This document shows, piece by piece, positions 14,540 through 28,385 of a DNA stretch of 64,000 bases. The stretch comes from Octopus vulgaris. Taxonomy: Eukaryota. Under the pieces are notes generated by a model. The model was not told where the DNA came from, did no database searches, and saw only the letters and a program-made list of their open reading frames with translations. Within the stretch, counting starts at the first letter, position 1; each line of letters opens with the position of its first letter. The stretch is taken from assembly GCA_951406725.2 (NCBI GenBank), contig OX597819.1:8432001-8496000 (forward strand), written 5' to 3'. The position numbers and the translations under genes are program-made.

Positions 14540-15020
14540 AAAACGGCAAATGTGTAAGTTCAGAATTATCTTAAGTGTTCCGACTCTCCAACTATTGGTG
14601 TTATGGTCTATACGCTGCTGGAAATGCGAGTCAATGGAGCTGTGAGTACCACAAATAATTTCAGTTGTTCTCTGGGAACATTCTCCATCATTAATTTCAT
14701 TTATTGGTACCGTTTTTGAAGAATGTCCATTGGCGTGTAGTCTGGTGAATGCCACTTTTGATGGTATTCTGCCAAACAGACGATTTTCACAAGGTAGTAT
14801 TAAATAACACCGCACTCAACAGACTACACGCTAATGAATATTTTTTTTTTTAAATTGACTCCAATTAATGAAATGAAAGCAATTTTGGATGGCGAATGCG
14901 CCCAGATAACAATTGAAATTATTTGTTCTGCTCACATTTCTATCGGTTTGCATTGTCAAGTGCCATCAGTTGGAACATTTATGGTAATTCATAACTTACA
15001 CATTTGTCTTTCAAAATTCA
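14540..15020. repeat. Imperfect long inverted repeat (foldback/MITE-like): arms ~14540-14708 and ~14860-15020
   Basis: Arms share e.g. CAAATGTGTAAGTT / AACTTACACATTTG and ACAAATAATTTCA.TTGTT / AACAATTGAAATTATTTGT; the opposite-strand ORFs translate to near-identical peptides. Confidence 0.8.
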
Positions 15021-15167
15021 AATTATATAATTTGAATTTCAGAGAAATTGTACCGATGTAAAGTTAATACATTTTTAGGGACATACATTTTAGTGGGAGT
15101 GTGTGTGTGTATTGTTTTTACGTATGTGCATGCATGCATATATGTGTGTGTCTGTGAGTGTGTGTAT

Positions 15168-15330
15168 CGGTCAACAATATACTGCAAATAAATTATGCTC
15201 TGCTGCCTTCGGTAGACGACTTCTAATATTTTCATCTACATTCACATATTTTTGCCACATTTGTCATATGTTCTTTATACTTAATCATTCAAGATGCTAC
15301 CAGAGTTTGAGAAATACATTTAATTTACTA
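15168..15330 (+). repeat. Dispersed ~160 bp repeat; inverted partner at 18499-18661
   Basis: CGGTCAACAATATACTGCAAATA...CCAGAGTTTGAGAAATACATTTAATTTACTA matches the reverse complement of 18499-18661. Confidence 0.85.
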
Positions 15331-15812
15331 ATGATATTTTTAATTTAATTTAATCTAATTTAATTTATTCAAGATACTTAAAGATTTGTTTATGATTTAT
15401 TTAGACAATGGAATTTATCCCAAGCGTATTAATTTATCGACCTCAGGGCGATTAAAAAGATTAAACAAAGTCAATTTCAGCAGTTTCATAGTCCAGAACA
15501 ATAGGACATAAGATCTAAAGCATCTATTCGGATTTCTTGCTGTTGTTTAGTCTGTATTAAAGAAACATTCGTGATTCCTAACTAAATACCTCGTGGCAGT
15601 GATGAGCTCCAAATAGAACCGTATGCATACACATACATTTCATACGTTTGTGCATGTGTGTAGCAAGTTACTACTTTAATGAGTGTTAAAGTATCCAGTT
15701 TCTTTTTGGAACACACTGTAACTCAACAACATATAAATATAACAGAAATACTCAGTGATAGATCGAAAACTAAACTCTGGTCACAAAATTTATTTTCCCC
15801 TTTCTTTCTCTC

Positions 15813-15895
<83 letters not shown>

Positions 15896-15902
15896 ATATG
15901 TA

Positions 15903-16020
<118 letters not shown>

Positions 16021-16448
16021 AGCGTCCTGAGAAACGTCACTACAGGACGCCGAGTCTTAAAGAAAACTTAATGCCTTAGATCAGGTGAGACGACTCAGCC
16101 TGAAGGTGAACAAGAAAGACGGATATCGATATTTCGCTATCGTTTTAACTCTTTAGCGTAGTATATTCGACTGAGACAGGTAGTATCAGGGGCAGATAGT
16201 ATCTTGAAGACATTTGGAGGCAACTACTGATGATGTGGGCAATATCTTCCATACTGATTGATATAGCAGACCCGACATCTTTTTACAACGTGAAGGTTTG
16301 GTGGTATATTTACCTCTTTCTTGTTTATCAGCTATTTAGCAGTTATCTCCTGTTCCTGTATAGTGAAGGCATATCCTTCCAGGCGGGATGTAACGTATTT
16401 ATCACAGATCCAGGAGAGGATACTCTTCCTGTGGTTACTCTTATTATC

Positions 16449-16834
16449 GTGGAGGCGCAATGGCCCAGTGGTTAGGGCAGCGGACTCGCGGTCGTAGGAT
16501 CGCGATTTCGATTCCCAGAGCGGGCGTTGTGAGTGTTTATTGAGCGAAAACACCTAAAGCTCCACGAGGCTCCGGCAGGGGATGGTGGTGATCCCTGCTG
16601 TACTCTTTCACCACAACTTTCTCTCACTCTTACTTCCTGTTTCTGTTGTACCTGTATTTCAAAGGGCCGGCCTTGTCACTCTCTGTGTCACGCTAAATAT
16701 CCCCGAGAACTACGTTAAGGGTACACGTGTCTGTGGAGTGCTCAGCCACTTACACGTTAATTTCACGAGCAGGCTGTTCCGTTGATCGGATCAACCGGAA
16801 CCCTCGTCGTCGTAACCGACGGAGTGCTTCCACC
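16449..16834 (+). mobile_element. tRNA-derived SINE, family A, with 12-bp TSD
   Basis: A/B boxes present; TSD ACTCTTATTATC at 16437-16448 and 16835-16846. Confidence 0.95.
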
Positions 16835-17663
16835 ACTCTTATTATCCTCCAGCTAATAGAATATGCACCCATGCATTGGATTTTGCTGGTATGATGCCTG
16901 TTTCTGCTTCAAGCGCCTGTTTAAGTAAGCCAATCCAGCTTCCTTTGGGTCGCATGAGACAGTTGTATTCTCAATGTACCTGCACTGTAGTTCTTCCCCA
17001 TCTCTACTTACCCATCTCTACTTACCACAGCTGCTCTCATTTTTGAGTATGCATGTAATCTACTCATTTCTTTACTGTTCAGCAGGTGTTGTCTGAGTGA
17101 TTCAGTGCGACATTGAAAGGCTGTTTGGACTGACTTTATGCCTCTACCGCCATCACTTCGTCTCACGTAGATCCTATTGGTGCCACTCTTGATGTGGAAG
17201 TTACGAGTAGCAGCTAATACCTTCCTAGTTTTCATGTCCAGGTTGCAGATCTCGTCAAACGCCCAGTCCAATATCTCAAATGTGGACACTGGACTTGCAC
17301 TGCAAAAAAATTGTGAGATACGGTGTTGTTAAATGCAGACACCTCTAAGTTCCACATTTCCTGGAAATTACAAAAGTACTGCTTTGTAATTCTGGCTTTA
17401 ATCACAGCACCAACATACGCAACATTCTGATTGATTCCGAGATACTTATAGTTTTCATCATTAGAAATAGGAGAGATAGACAAGTCATTGATGTATATGT
17501 ACTTTCCCCGTTTGACTATCATGTATGAGCATTTATCGTGCCTAAACTCCATTCCTATCGTGCCTAAACTCCATTCCTATTGTGACTTGTTCTTATTATT
17601 TCTTGATGTTGTTCATGTTACCAGAATTTAACTTTAGTCTGTCAATAAAAATGTGTGGGTGAC

Positions 17664-18113
17664 ATAGGCGCAGGAGTGGCTATAGGCGCAGGAGTGGCTA
17701 TAGGCGCAGGAGTGGCTGTGTGGTAAGTAGCTTGTTTACCAACCACATGGTTCCGGGTTCAGTCCCACTGCGTGGCATTTTGGGCAAGTGTCTTCTGCTA
17801 TAGCCCCGGGCCGACCAATGCCTTGTGAATGGATTTGGTAGACGGAAACTGAAAGAAGCCCGTCGTATATATGTATATATATGTGTGTATGTGTTTGTGT
17901 GTCTGTATTTGTCCCCCTAGTATTGCTTGACAACCGATGCTGGTGTGTTTACGTCGCCGTCACTTAGCGGTTCGGCAAAAGAGTCCGATAGAATAAGTAC
18001 TGGGCTTACAAAGAATAAGTCCCGGGGTCGATCTGCTCGACTAAAAGGCGGTGCTCCAGCATGACCGCAGTCAAATGACTGAAACAAGTAAAAGAGTAAA
18101 GAGTAAAAGAGTA
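17664..18113 (+). mobile_element. SINE family B with triplicated 18-bp 5' end
   Basis: ATAGGCGCAGGAGTGGCT x3 (17664-17717), then the standard body and (GAGTAAA)n tail. Confidence 0.93.
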
Positions 18114-18498
18114 TTAAGTTTATTCTTCTCTTCAAATCCTGATATATAACTTTGGGTACATGGCAAAGGGTTGTTAATAGGCTGACAAGGAGTTCACTGC
18201 CACTACACAAACAACGTTAGTGAGAAGCTATCATTCTAGCATAAGCCTGTTGATAGTTTACTTCTGCTTGTAACAATAGGTGCTGCTTTAGTAGTTGTCA
18301 GTTATAACTGTGTGGACCATATTGTGGTCAATCTTTCAATGGGATTCACTATGTAACTGATACTTTGGCAAGATGTAGTGATTCTATTATACATGAGTGT
18401 GGGTCAGAGTCGGACGCCTCGTAGTCAAGTCATATCATTAAGAGATTACTGCATTGTTGTCATTTTGGAAGAAGGTAATCCATTTTAGACCAGTATTT

Positions 18499-18661
18499 TA
18501 GTAAATTAAATGTATTTCTCAAACTCTGGTAGCATTTTGAATGATTAAGGATAAGGAAAACGTTACAAATGCTGCATAAATATGTGAATGTAGATGAAGA
18601 TATTAGCGGTAGTGTACCGAAGGCAGAGCAGCATAATCTATTTGCAGTATATTGGTGACCG
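18499..18661 (-). repeat. Inverted partner of the 15168-15330 repeat
   Basis: Reverse-complement match to 15168-15330. Confidence 0.85.
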
Positions 18662-20132
18662 ACACATTTTAGATCATTTTAGATCAATACAGCATTTGGC
18701 TCGGTCGCTTTTACACCCATCTGTTGGTCTACAGTTATTGTGTCTCGATATAGCAGAACATTTATTGTCCAAAAATTGAGAGTTTGAATTTGAGCTAGTT
18801 GTTCTCTCGCAATTTCGCCGATCGCAGATAGCATCAGCTCGGTGAATTTTTTTTCCCAACTCCTGGTCGGTATCCATCTCTCATACAGTATCTTGTGTAT
18901 GAGAGTAGTGAAGTTCTACTTGAACTTTGATGCAAGCTGTGATTTTGATATTTTATAGTCTTCACTAGTTTTTTGTGAGATCGTAAATGTTGCCACGTGT
19001 CTGTGGAGTAGCGACAGGTTTATACTGCTATGTTCATCTTGGTCGTGTTTCTCATCATTCGCGGTCTCTTCACGGAAAAAAAAGTTTACTGTGTTGTCAA
19101 TACGAGTATTATCATTTGTACATTTCGGTTGAGTGATTTTGTTTGGTAGGTTGGTATATTTCGTTTCAACAATGTAGCTTGCTAGCATAATTGTTTCTCT
19201 AAAAATATTGAGAATGTTGGTTATTTCGTATCCCAATAATCTTTAAGTTTTTTAACGTAGCTTTTCGAGGGATCTTCCCTATCCTTTCCGTAGAACTGGT
19301 TCAGTGCGAAAGTTCACTAAAATTTTCCCCGTTAGTTCCGCGATCTGCAATAGTTAGCTCCACGTTCTTTTGTCGCCAGGGTGAGTGTATCGTAATTTTT
19401 CACTGTTTGATTACTGCCACAATCTTTTCAAAAGATATTATTTCTTTGCATTTACTCAAAGAAGATAACCACTTCTTTTACAAGGATTGTATCAATGGCA
19501 AAAATGTTTGGCAATAGTATTCATTATTCGGGACAAGGAACAGTCCTCTATATCAACATGTCTGTATTCGATCCCATGAGTCCATGCATGCCTGTATGTA
19601 TGTATGTATGTATGTATGTAAGTTTGTATGTATGTATGTATGTATGTATGTATGTATGTATGTATGTATGTATGTGTGAATGTATGAATGTATGTATGTA
19701 TGTATGTATGTATGTATGTGTGAATTTATGCATGTATGTATGCATGCATGTATGTTATGTATGTATGTATGAATGTATGTATGCATGTATGTATGTATGT
19801 ATATATGTATGCATGCATGTATGTTATGTAGGTATGTTATATGTGTATGTATGTAATATGTGTATGTATGTATGTATGTATGTATGTATGTATGTATGTA
19901 TGTATGTATGTATGTATGTATGTACACGCGCACACACTGACATCTCTAATAAGGAAAGGAAGCTCGAGAGGGCGACTGGATAAAGCTATAACTAAATCCA
20001 AAGAATGAATAAACTCCATACGCTACGTATTTCTGCTAAGTACGTTCTGTTTCTCTCGTTTGTCATTCTTACGCCCCCAAACTATACACGCACATACACA
20101 GAGGCATACTTATGTCCGTGTATATTTACGTA

Positions 20133-20163
<31 letters not shown>

Positions 20164-20754
20164 CATACATACATACATACATACACACATAAACAAAGCT
20201 GCGAAATAGATGATGTGTTGATAGATATAATGAAAGGAAAACAAAATATATTTTTAAAAAAAAACGTCATCTGGATTACTGTACTATTTTCAGCCCTTTA
20301 AAATATGAAGTTTTTCATGCATGTCGAAATGTCAGCTTGACAATTAAAGGGTTTCTCATTCATTTCCGTATTTTTCCCCTTCATTTCCATATTTATATCA
20401 TCCATTTTTCTTCTAATTCTATAATTTATTTTCGTATTTGTCTAATTTCTTTTCGTTGTTTCATTTAGATATTGCTTGTTACATTTATCTTTTCTTTGTG
20501 TGTATTCTGTATTTCCAACATTCATTTTCGCATTTTTCTTTCTGTCGTCCTCCTATTTGTACCGTGCATTTTTGTAGTTGTATAAAGCTTTTGTTTTGTT
20601 TTATATGATTTTGGGTCTTTTTATTTTTTTGTTTTTTAGGGAAAATTTCTACCGTTTATTTTCATATTTACATCATTCATTGTCGTATTTGTATCATTGA
20701 GTATCCTATTTGTATGACTCATTTTGATATACACACAATACATACATACATACA

Positions 20755-20790
<36 letters not shown>

Positions 20791-20955
20791 CATATATATA
20801 TAACAGTATGTAAAAGTGTGTGTGTCTGCATATATGTATGTATATATATATATATATATATACATATATGCAGACACAGACTTTTACACACTGTTATATG
20901 TATGAGCATGTGTCTGTATATATACATATATGTGTATGTATATACACACACACAG

Positions 20956-21062
<107 letters not shown>

Positions 21063-21426
21063 CTTTGTAAGTATATATATTTGTATGTATATGTGTGTAT
21101 GTATGTGTGTATGTATGTGTGTTTGTGCTTGTATGTATATAATTTATTTACTTTTTGTTATTCTCATTTCCATGCTCTTTTCATCCATCTTCCTACGTTT
21201 TCACTCATTTCCCACACATTTCAAGCATTTTCATATTTTATTCCATATTTTTGAATGATTTGTTTATTTCTTTATCCACTCATATTTGGTGTTTGTTTCG
21301 TTTGTTACTTTATGATATTTTGACAAATGTCGAGAGAAAAGAAGCAAAAAAATTGTTATCGAAGGATTTACTAACTAGCGGTGTTAAGTTCTTTTAAGTT
21401 GACATATAACCCAACTTTCTGAACAA

Positions 21427-21770
<344 letters not shown>

Positions 21771-22660
21771 TTTCTCTTTATCACAGGTTTTGTTGGAGCT
21801 GCTGGAGTCTTGCATGTGTAGCGGGCTTACTTCCTGCAGCCTACAGTACCAAGCTATTCGTTCTTTTCTGCTATCTAATACTTTCCTGGTTATTCTGGCC
21901 GTGCCAAGCAGGCAAACCTTTTGTAACACTTCTACTGGGCACTTTATTGCAATTTCCTTTATATTCCCCTTGATGCCTTCTGATACAATTCCTAAAGACA
22001 CAACAATACTTGGCACTATCTTCACCTTCTTCATTTTTCATAGTCGGGTTATTTCGTACTTAATAGGGTTCTATCTATCGATATTTTCGTCTTTCTTCTT
22101 GACTATTCGTGGGTCAAAGGGGCATACAACACCAACTATATAGCATATGTGGTGCACCTTGTCCACCAGCACTAGGTCCGGTCTGTTATGCTCTAGCACC
22201 TGATCTGTTAGGATTAAGAAATCCCAGAGAATTTTGCTAGTCTCCGACTCCGCTACTCTCTGCCATTTGTCCTCATACCACGGCTTACATCTCTCTAGCT
22301 CCCACTTTTCGCACAGTTCCCAATGTAGCACTTTCGTTACCTGGTCGTGTCGCCACAACTTGTAGTAGTTATGGGCGAGTCTAGGGCATTCGTTCGTGAT
22401 ATGGGCAATGGTTTCATCTGCTCATTCCAAAGGTTGACTCTCCAGTTCGTGGCCATAGCTTGGCATAGCAGTGCATGCCATCAAAGTGACACTGGAGTAA
22501 AATATACGAAGCCCAGTATAGTGCTCTCAGTCTCTTTTTTAAGGTTCTTTTCATCAGCCAATCTCATCTATTTTTTCCAGCAACTTCTGTTGTTGCTATA
22601 TGGATTTAATTGTGTAGTCCCTTCTAGCGTAATTCTTCTTCATGTCTTTATTGTACTTAT
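21771..22660 (-). mobile_element. R4/Dong-like LINE 3' end (CCHC + RLE) abutting (TAA)n
   Basis: WLMKRTLKKETES, ETIAHITNECPRLAHNYYKLWRHDQV..HWELC, ILWDF..TD..HNRPDLVLVDK..C..V.CPFD, LQKVCLLGTARITRKVL; the 3' end runs into (TAA)n. Confidence 0.9.
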
Positions 22661-22677
22661 CATTATTATCATTATTA

Positions 22678-22718
<41 letters not shown>

Positions 22719-23228
22719 GAGTGAGAAAGTAGTGCATGCCACGAAAGTGACACTAAGGTACAAATATACGAAACCCAATATATCCATGATGACTATCCTT
22801 TTGATAAGGGTACACAAGGCATGTGCATCACAACCACATGGTGCGCCACATGGTGATCTCACACCAAGATAAACAGCGCATGACCTTGCAGTTAAAATTG
22901 TTTTCAGATCGAGTAGCCCATCCTGAATAAGGTTTGTTTTAAGGATGATGAACAAAAAACTCATTTTTCCCAAAGAATTCGTCTCAACACATGGCTATGA
23001 TGCTCCCCCACTACTTCTGCTCGTGATCAGAGATGCACATATCGTCAGCCACTAAGGAACATGGTCAACTGGTTATGGTCAAACAACTGACACGTAAATC
23101 TGTGGTATTGAGCAGAATATTTGCTGTAGCCCATCTTTTATACCAAGACAAAACATTGTACTTGATAACACTTCCAATTAAGATCAGCAGCCATGAGAGC
23201 CACTGCCTGGTACTGCAACGGGGCATTT
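22719..23228 (-). mobile_element. ~510 bp non-coding interspersed element bounded by (TAA)n; partial copies at 22466-22520 and 23291-23485
   Basis: TGAGTGA.A..AGTGCATG..A..AAAGTGAC recurs at 22719 and 23291 (and in part at 22466); the 22719 and 23291 copies each directly follow a (TTA)n run. Orientation is inferred. Confidence 0.7.
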
Positions 23229-23235
23229 ATTATTA

Positions 23236-23291
<56 letters not shown>

Positions 23292-23584
23292 GAGTGAAAG
23301 AGCAGTGCATGTCATCAAAGTGACCCTGGAGTAAAATATACGAAGCCCAGTATACCCATCATGACTGCCTGTCTGATAAGGGTACACAAGGCACATGCAT
23401 CATAACCATATGTGCGCGACATGCTGATCTCATATCAAGATAAATAGCGCATGACCTCATCGGTGGGGCCCAGTTAGAATTTTCTGATGTTTTCGGTTTG
23501 AACGGCAGTTTTTCTAGCGGTGTCATATGAAATCGTCACCCATAATTATGACCCTAGTATCGATCTATTGCATTTCAATCTGTT

Positions 23585-23622
23585 TTAGGGTTAGGGTTAG
23601 TTAGGGTTTGTTAGGGTTAGGG
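23585..23622 (+). repeat. Short interstitial telomere-type repeat (TTAGGG)n
   Basis: TTAGGGTTAGGGTTAGTTAGGGTTTGTTAGGGTTAGGG. Confidence 0.8.
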
Positions 23623-24666
23623 GTGGCGGGAAGGGTATCTTTTTTTCTTCACAAATGTAAATAAACCCAATCTGTTTCTTAAACGAGGGACATATTCATA
23701 CGGCACACAATGTTTTTTTTACCTGAATAGACGTTATTGATTGTTTGAAATTGCAGAAATTGAAGAAAAAAACAACAAATATCTTACAAACTATAGAATT
23801 TTCTCAATAAAGGCAAGAGAAAAAGATGTTTTATAAACACATTCTCCCAGTATACGAAGCAACTCACCCTCAAATCACACCATGTTAGCTTATATAAGAA
23901 AAATGATTCATTTGATCAGGTAGTCATATATACAACTCACAAAAATTGATAGGCCTGTTTCATCAAGGTTAACTGAGAAGTAGTAACAGCAAATTGTTTT
24001 TAACCAAAAGAAATAATTAAAAGAATAAAACTACTTGCCGAGTGGTTGCAGTCGCACGATGTTTCCTGCACTGACTTCACTTTAGGACATAGATAGTAGC
24101 TGCATTGCGCGTTGATGTTTAGATTTTTCTTTCTGTAATGCAATTGCTAGTATATAGAGCAATCTTCCTAATATCATCAAAAATGCCAACAGATTGTCGT
24201 AAATGAGTTCTAGGACTGGTTCAGCATATGCCCTGATCGAATTGATTAATTGAGATTTTAATGGATTGGTTGGTGTTTATCCTGTAAAGCAAGAGAAAAT
24301 ATTTTTTAAAATGATATTCCCATGGAGTGTTTGTTCAGGCATTTAACTTTGTTTTAAATATCACAACAATATTTTAACATTTAGAAAGCTATGTCTTCAC
24401 AAAATAATAGATACACAGAAATATTTTACTGATATAATTGTTACTAAGCCCCAGTTAATACTCTATTAACAATAGAATATTTCTATGAGCCAGTTCTAGC
24501 CGTGACTGTCTTGACTTTTCCAACAAAAAGGACACCTAGGATCGCATTATCTAATATTTTCTCTTCTAAGATTTTAATGAGGGAGATATGACCATTATTT
24601 CTAGCATGAACAAAAGTGTAGCGTTTCCCTTATTGGTTCTTAAATCTTTCGTTTTATTCCATCTAC

Positions 24667-24804
<138 letters not shown>

Positions 24805-24805
24805 A

Positions 24806-24840
<35 letters not shown>

Positions 24841-25111
24841 AATATATATATATATGCATACATACATACATACATACATACATACATACATACATACATA
24901 CATACATACATACATACATACATACATAAGATATGTATGGCCGTGACCCAAAATATACTTCCAAAATCTCATATTTCATGCATACATATAGCTTATATTT
25001 GAACTTGGCAGTGCAGAATATTACATTACCATCGGACTTTAGCAAAATATGGCAACAGTTTGCAAAATATTAGCAAATTTCTAACTGCACTAGTCTCAAA
25101 AGCAGGTCACT

Positions 25112-25150
<39 letters not shown>

Positions 25151-25152
<2 letters not shown>

Positions 25153-25351
25153 TTATTTCTAATTCTCTCTAAGGGAGACTACGGCAGTGGTACTGGATAT
25201 TAAGAGTTATCGCCAAGCTAACATGGCAGTCTAGAAAAATAGGACGAATGCTGTGTGTCACATCAATAGCTAGAGGCGATGGCCTCTTGGAGCTAATCAA
25301 TGGCAGCATTCGTCCTATTTTCTGGACTGCCATGTTAGATTGACGATAATT
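25151..25351. mobile_element. Partial, internally inverted copy of the 361-nt retrozyme-like family, in (TA)n
   Basis: 25156-25251 matches 59500-59597; 25252-25350 is an inverted overlapping segment matching 60118-60217. The ribozyme part is absent. Confidence 0.85.
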
Positions 25352-25356
25352 ATATA

Positions 25357-25414
<58 letters not shown>

Positions 25415-25484
25415 ATTTATATCGGTGTAGTATTTATACCTACTTAATATAGATATGATTTATATATAGAATATAAAGATATAA

Positions 25485-25542
<58 letters not shown>

Positions 25543-25586
25543 GTACATGTAGGTAAGAGATAGTATATAATGAGTGTGTGTGTTTG

Positions 25587-25618
<32 letters not shown>

Positions 25619-25642
25619 TGTATATATATGTATATGCATATG

Positions 25643-25682
<40 letters not shown>

Positions 25683-25701
25683 GATATACATATGCATATA
25701 C

Positions 25702-25833
<132 letters not shown>

Positions 25834-26510
25834 AACACACACACACGCATACATTGTTGATGTCGTAAAAATTTCGAAACTTCAAGGGACCTTGAAATAA
25901 TTCAGTTTTAAAACGGTGAATCTGGAAGCAGATAGAGCTTTAAATAAAAAATATGTAAATGTTGAGTTAAAAAATGTCGAAATTTGTTCATGGGATACAA
26001 ACTCACATCTTCTACGTCGACGTAAGTCTGATGTTTATGGCGATTTAATAAAAGACATATTTACACAGATTCTTGTATAATTTTATGCAATTAAAATATT
26101 CCGCACATGAATAACGGAATCTTGGCACCACTAACACATTTTTCATGCTGAATGAAAATATTTTATATAGAATTGATTTAATTTCCTCATAAATTAGAGA
26201 GAAAAGAAACACATACTCGCTCTCCCACTCTCTTTCTTTCTCTCTCATTCTTTCGCTCTCTCTGATATATAAACATATACAGACACAAGCTCCTAGACAC
26301 ACACACACACACACAAGTACACAAAGTGACATACTGCATGAAATTTCAAATATTTCTGCTCTTTTGTTTAAGTAATTCTTTTGTTCATTATTGAGTAAAT
26401 AGGAATGTGAGTGCATTTATTTGCATACAGACACACATATAAAGGAAGCAGATACACACTATTCGTGTATGTGTGTAGACATGCATACACACACACGCTT
26501 AGGCACATGC

Positions 26511-26512
<2 letters not shown>

Positions 26513-26541
<29 letters not shown>

Positions 26542-27530
26542 TGTATGTATGTATGTATGTATGTATGTATGAATGTATGTATGTATGTATGTATGTATGT
26601 ATGTATGTATGTATGTATGTATGTATGTATGTATGTATGTATGTATGTATGTATGTATGTATGTATGTATGTATGTATGTGTGTATGTATGTATGTATGT
26701 ATGTATGTATGTATGTATGTATGTATGTATGTATGTATGTATGTATGTATGTATGTATGTATGTATGTATGTATGTATGTATGTATGTATGTATGTATGT
26801 ATGTATGTATGTATGTATGTATGTATGTATGTATGTATGTATGTATGTATGTATGTATGTATGTATGTATGTATGTATGTGTGAATGTATGTATGTATGT
26901 ATGTATGTATGTATGTATGTATGTATGTATGTATGTATGTATGTATGTATGTATGTATGTATGTATGTATGTATGTATGTATGTATGTATGTATGTATGT
27001 ATGGGTGTATGTATGTATGTATGTATGTATGTATGTATGTATGTATGTATGTATGTATGTATGTATGTATGTATGAATTGTATGTATGTATGTATGTATG
27101 TATGTATGTATGTATGTATGTATGTATGAATGTATGTATGTATGAATGGGTGTATGTATGTATGTATGAATGTATGTATGTATGTATGTATGTACGTATG
27201 TATGTATGTATGTATGTATGTATGTATGAATGGGTGTATGTATGTATGTATGTATGTATGTATGTATGTATGTATGTATGTATGTATGTATGTATGTATG
27301 TATGTATGTATGTATGTATGTATGTATGTATGAATGGGTGTATGTATGTATGTATGTATGTATGTATGTATGTATGTATGTATGTATGTATGTATGAATG
27401 GGTGTATGTACGTATGTATGTATGTATGTATGTATGTATGTATGTATGTATGTATGTATGTATGTATGTATGTACGTATGTATGAATGGGTGTATGTATG
27501 AATGTATGTATGTATGTATGTATGTATGTA
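26513..27530. repeat. ~1 kb (TATG)n microsatellite with recurring GAATGGGT variant
   Basis: Directly visible. Confidence 0.97.
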
Positions 27531-27886
27531 CACACACATATGTACATACATAAATAGAAAGATAGAGATGTAAAAATGAACTCTCTTCTCGCTTTTGTGG
27601 TAAGGACGTCCATTTTGATCAACTCAGCAATACACAGAATTATTGAATTACCGTGCCCAAGTGGCTGTCTATTCCTCTGACCCGCGTACCCTTAACGTAA
27701 TTCACAAGTAGAATCAGCTTCACACGGTGACACAAATGTGATAAGGTTGGACAGTTGAATTATAGATACAGTCTAACTCATAGGATTCCAAACAGTTCAG
27801 TTCTATGTTTAAGAGATGACGAATTATGTACATTATTTACATTATTTACATTTTGACGTATATTTGTCCTCATCTTGTTTGTTGTT

Positions 27887-27932
27887 AACACAACGTTTCG
27901 GCTGATGTACCCTCCAGCCTTCATAAGGTGTC
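27887..27932 (-). ncRNA. Minimal type I hammerhead ribozyme (one core substitution, CUUAUGA)
   Basis: GACAC-CTTATGA-A-GGCTG[GAGGGTACAT]CAGCC-GAAA-CGT-T-GTGTT. Confidence 0.7.
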
Positions 27933-28023
27933 TTGGGGAAGGCTCGAACCAGGGTTCTCATCCCTAAGGTATTTTTCGATGTTGTTGTTGTTGTTATTAT
28001 TATTATTATTATTATTATCATTA

Positions 28024-28082
<59 letters not shown>

Positions 28083-28088
28083 CATTAT

Positions 28089-28156
28089 TCAGGTCACTGC
28101 CTGAAATCGAACTCGGAAACTTGGGGTTAGTAGCCCGCGCTCTTAACCACTACACC
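28089..28156 (-). promoter_or_regulatory. tRNA-derived Pol III internal promoter (A and B boxes)
   Basis: GGTGTAGTGGTTAAGAGCGCGGGCTACTAACCCCAAGTTTCCGAGTTCGATTTCAGGCAGTGACC; not an intact tRNA. Confidence 0.75.
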
Positions 28157-28158
28157 GA

Positions 28159-28224
<66 letters not shown>

Positions 28225-28251
28225 GAAGAAGAAGAAGAAGAAGAAGAATAA

Positions 28252-28284
<33 letters not shown>

Positions 28285-28339
28285 GAATAACATCGAAAAA
28301 TACCTTAGGAATGAGAACCCAGATTCGAAACTTCCCCAA

Positions 28340-28385
28340 GACACCTGTTGAAGGCTGGATGGTATATCAGCCGAAACGTTGTGTT
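28340..28385 (+). ncRNA. Minimal type I hammerhead ribozyme (one core substitution, CUGUUGA)
   Basis: GACAC-CTGTTGA-A-GGCTG[GATGGTATAT]CAGCC-GAAA-CGT-T-GTGTT. Confidence 0.7.

Larger units (their letters stand above)
16170..18495 (-). mobile_element. Decayed R4/Dong-like non-LTR retrotransposon (RT through CCHC finger), interrupted by SINE A and SINE B
   Basis: Minus-strand motifs in order: LDYEASDSDPHSCIIESLHLAKV (~LDY.KAFDSVPH), HIFIDRLKL (~FVDDLKL), MEFRHDKC, YKYLGI, LDMKTRK..RIYVRRSDGGRGIKS, EGYAFTIQEQEI, RCRVC..EDIAHIISSC..SSRYYL. Confidence 0.85.

Noticed and set aside
17664-17717. Short direct repeats resembling a CRISPR array
   Set aside because: No spacers, no cas genes, eukaryotic context; it is a reiterated SINE 5' end.
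26368-27622. Longest ORFs in the window (350-389 aa)
   Set aside because: Pure (TATG)n repeat lacking stop codons; not coding.
28089-28156. Possible tRNA gene
   Set aside because: Acceptor stem incomplete and embedded in a repeat; treated as a SINE head. The same applies to the heads at 16451, 35020-35085 and 43634.
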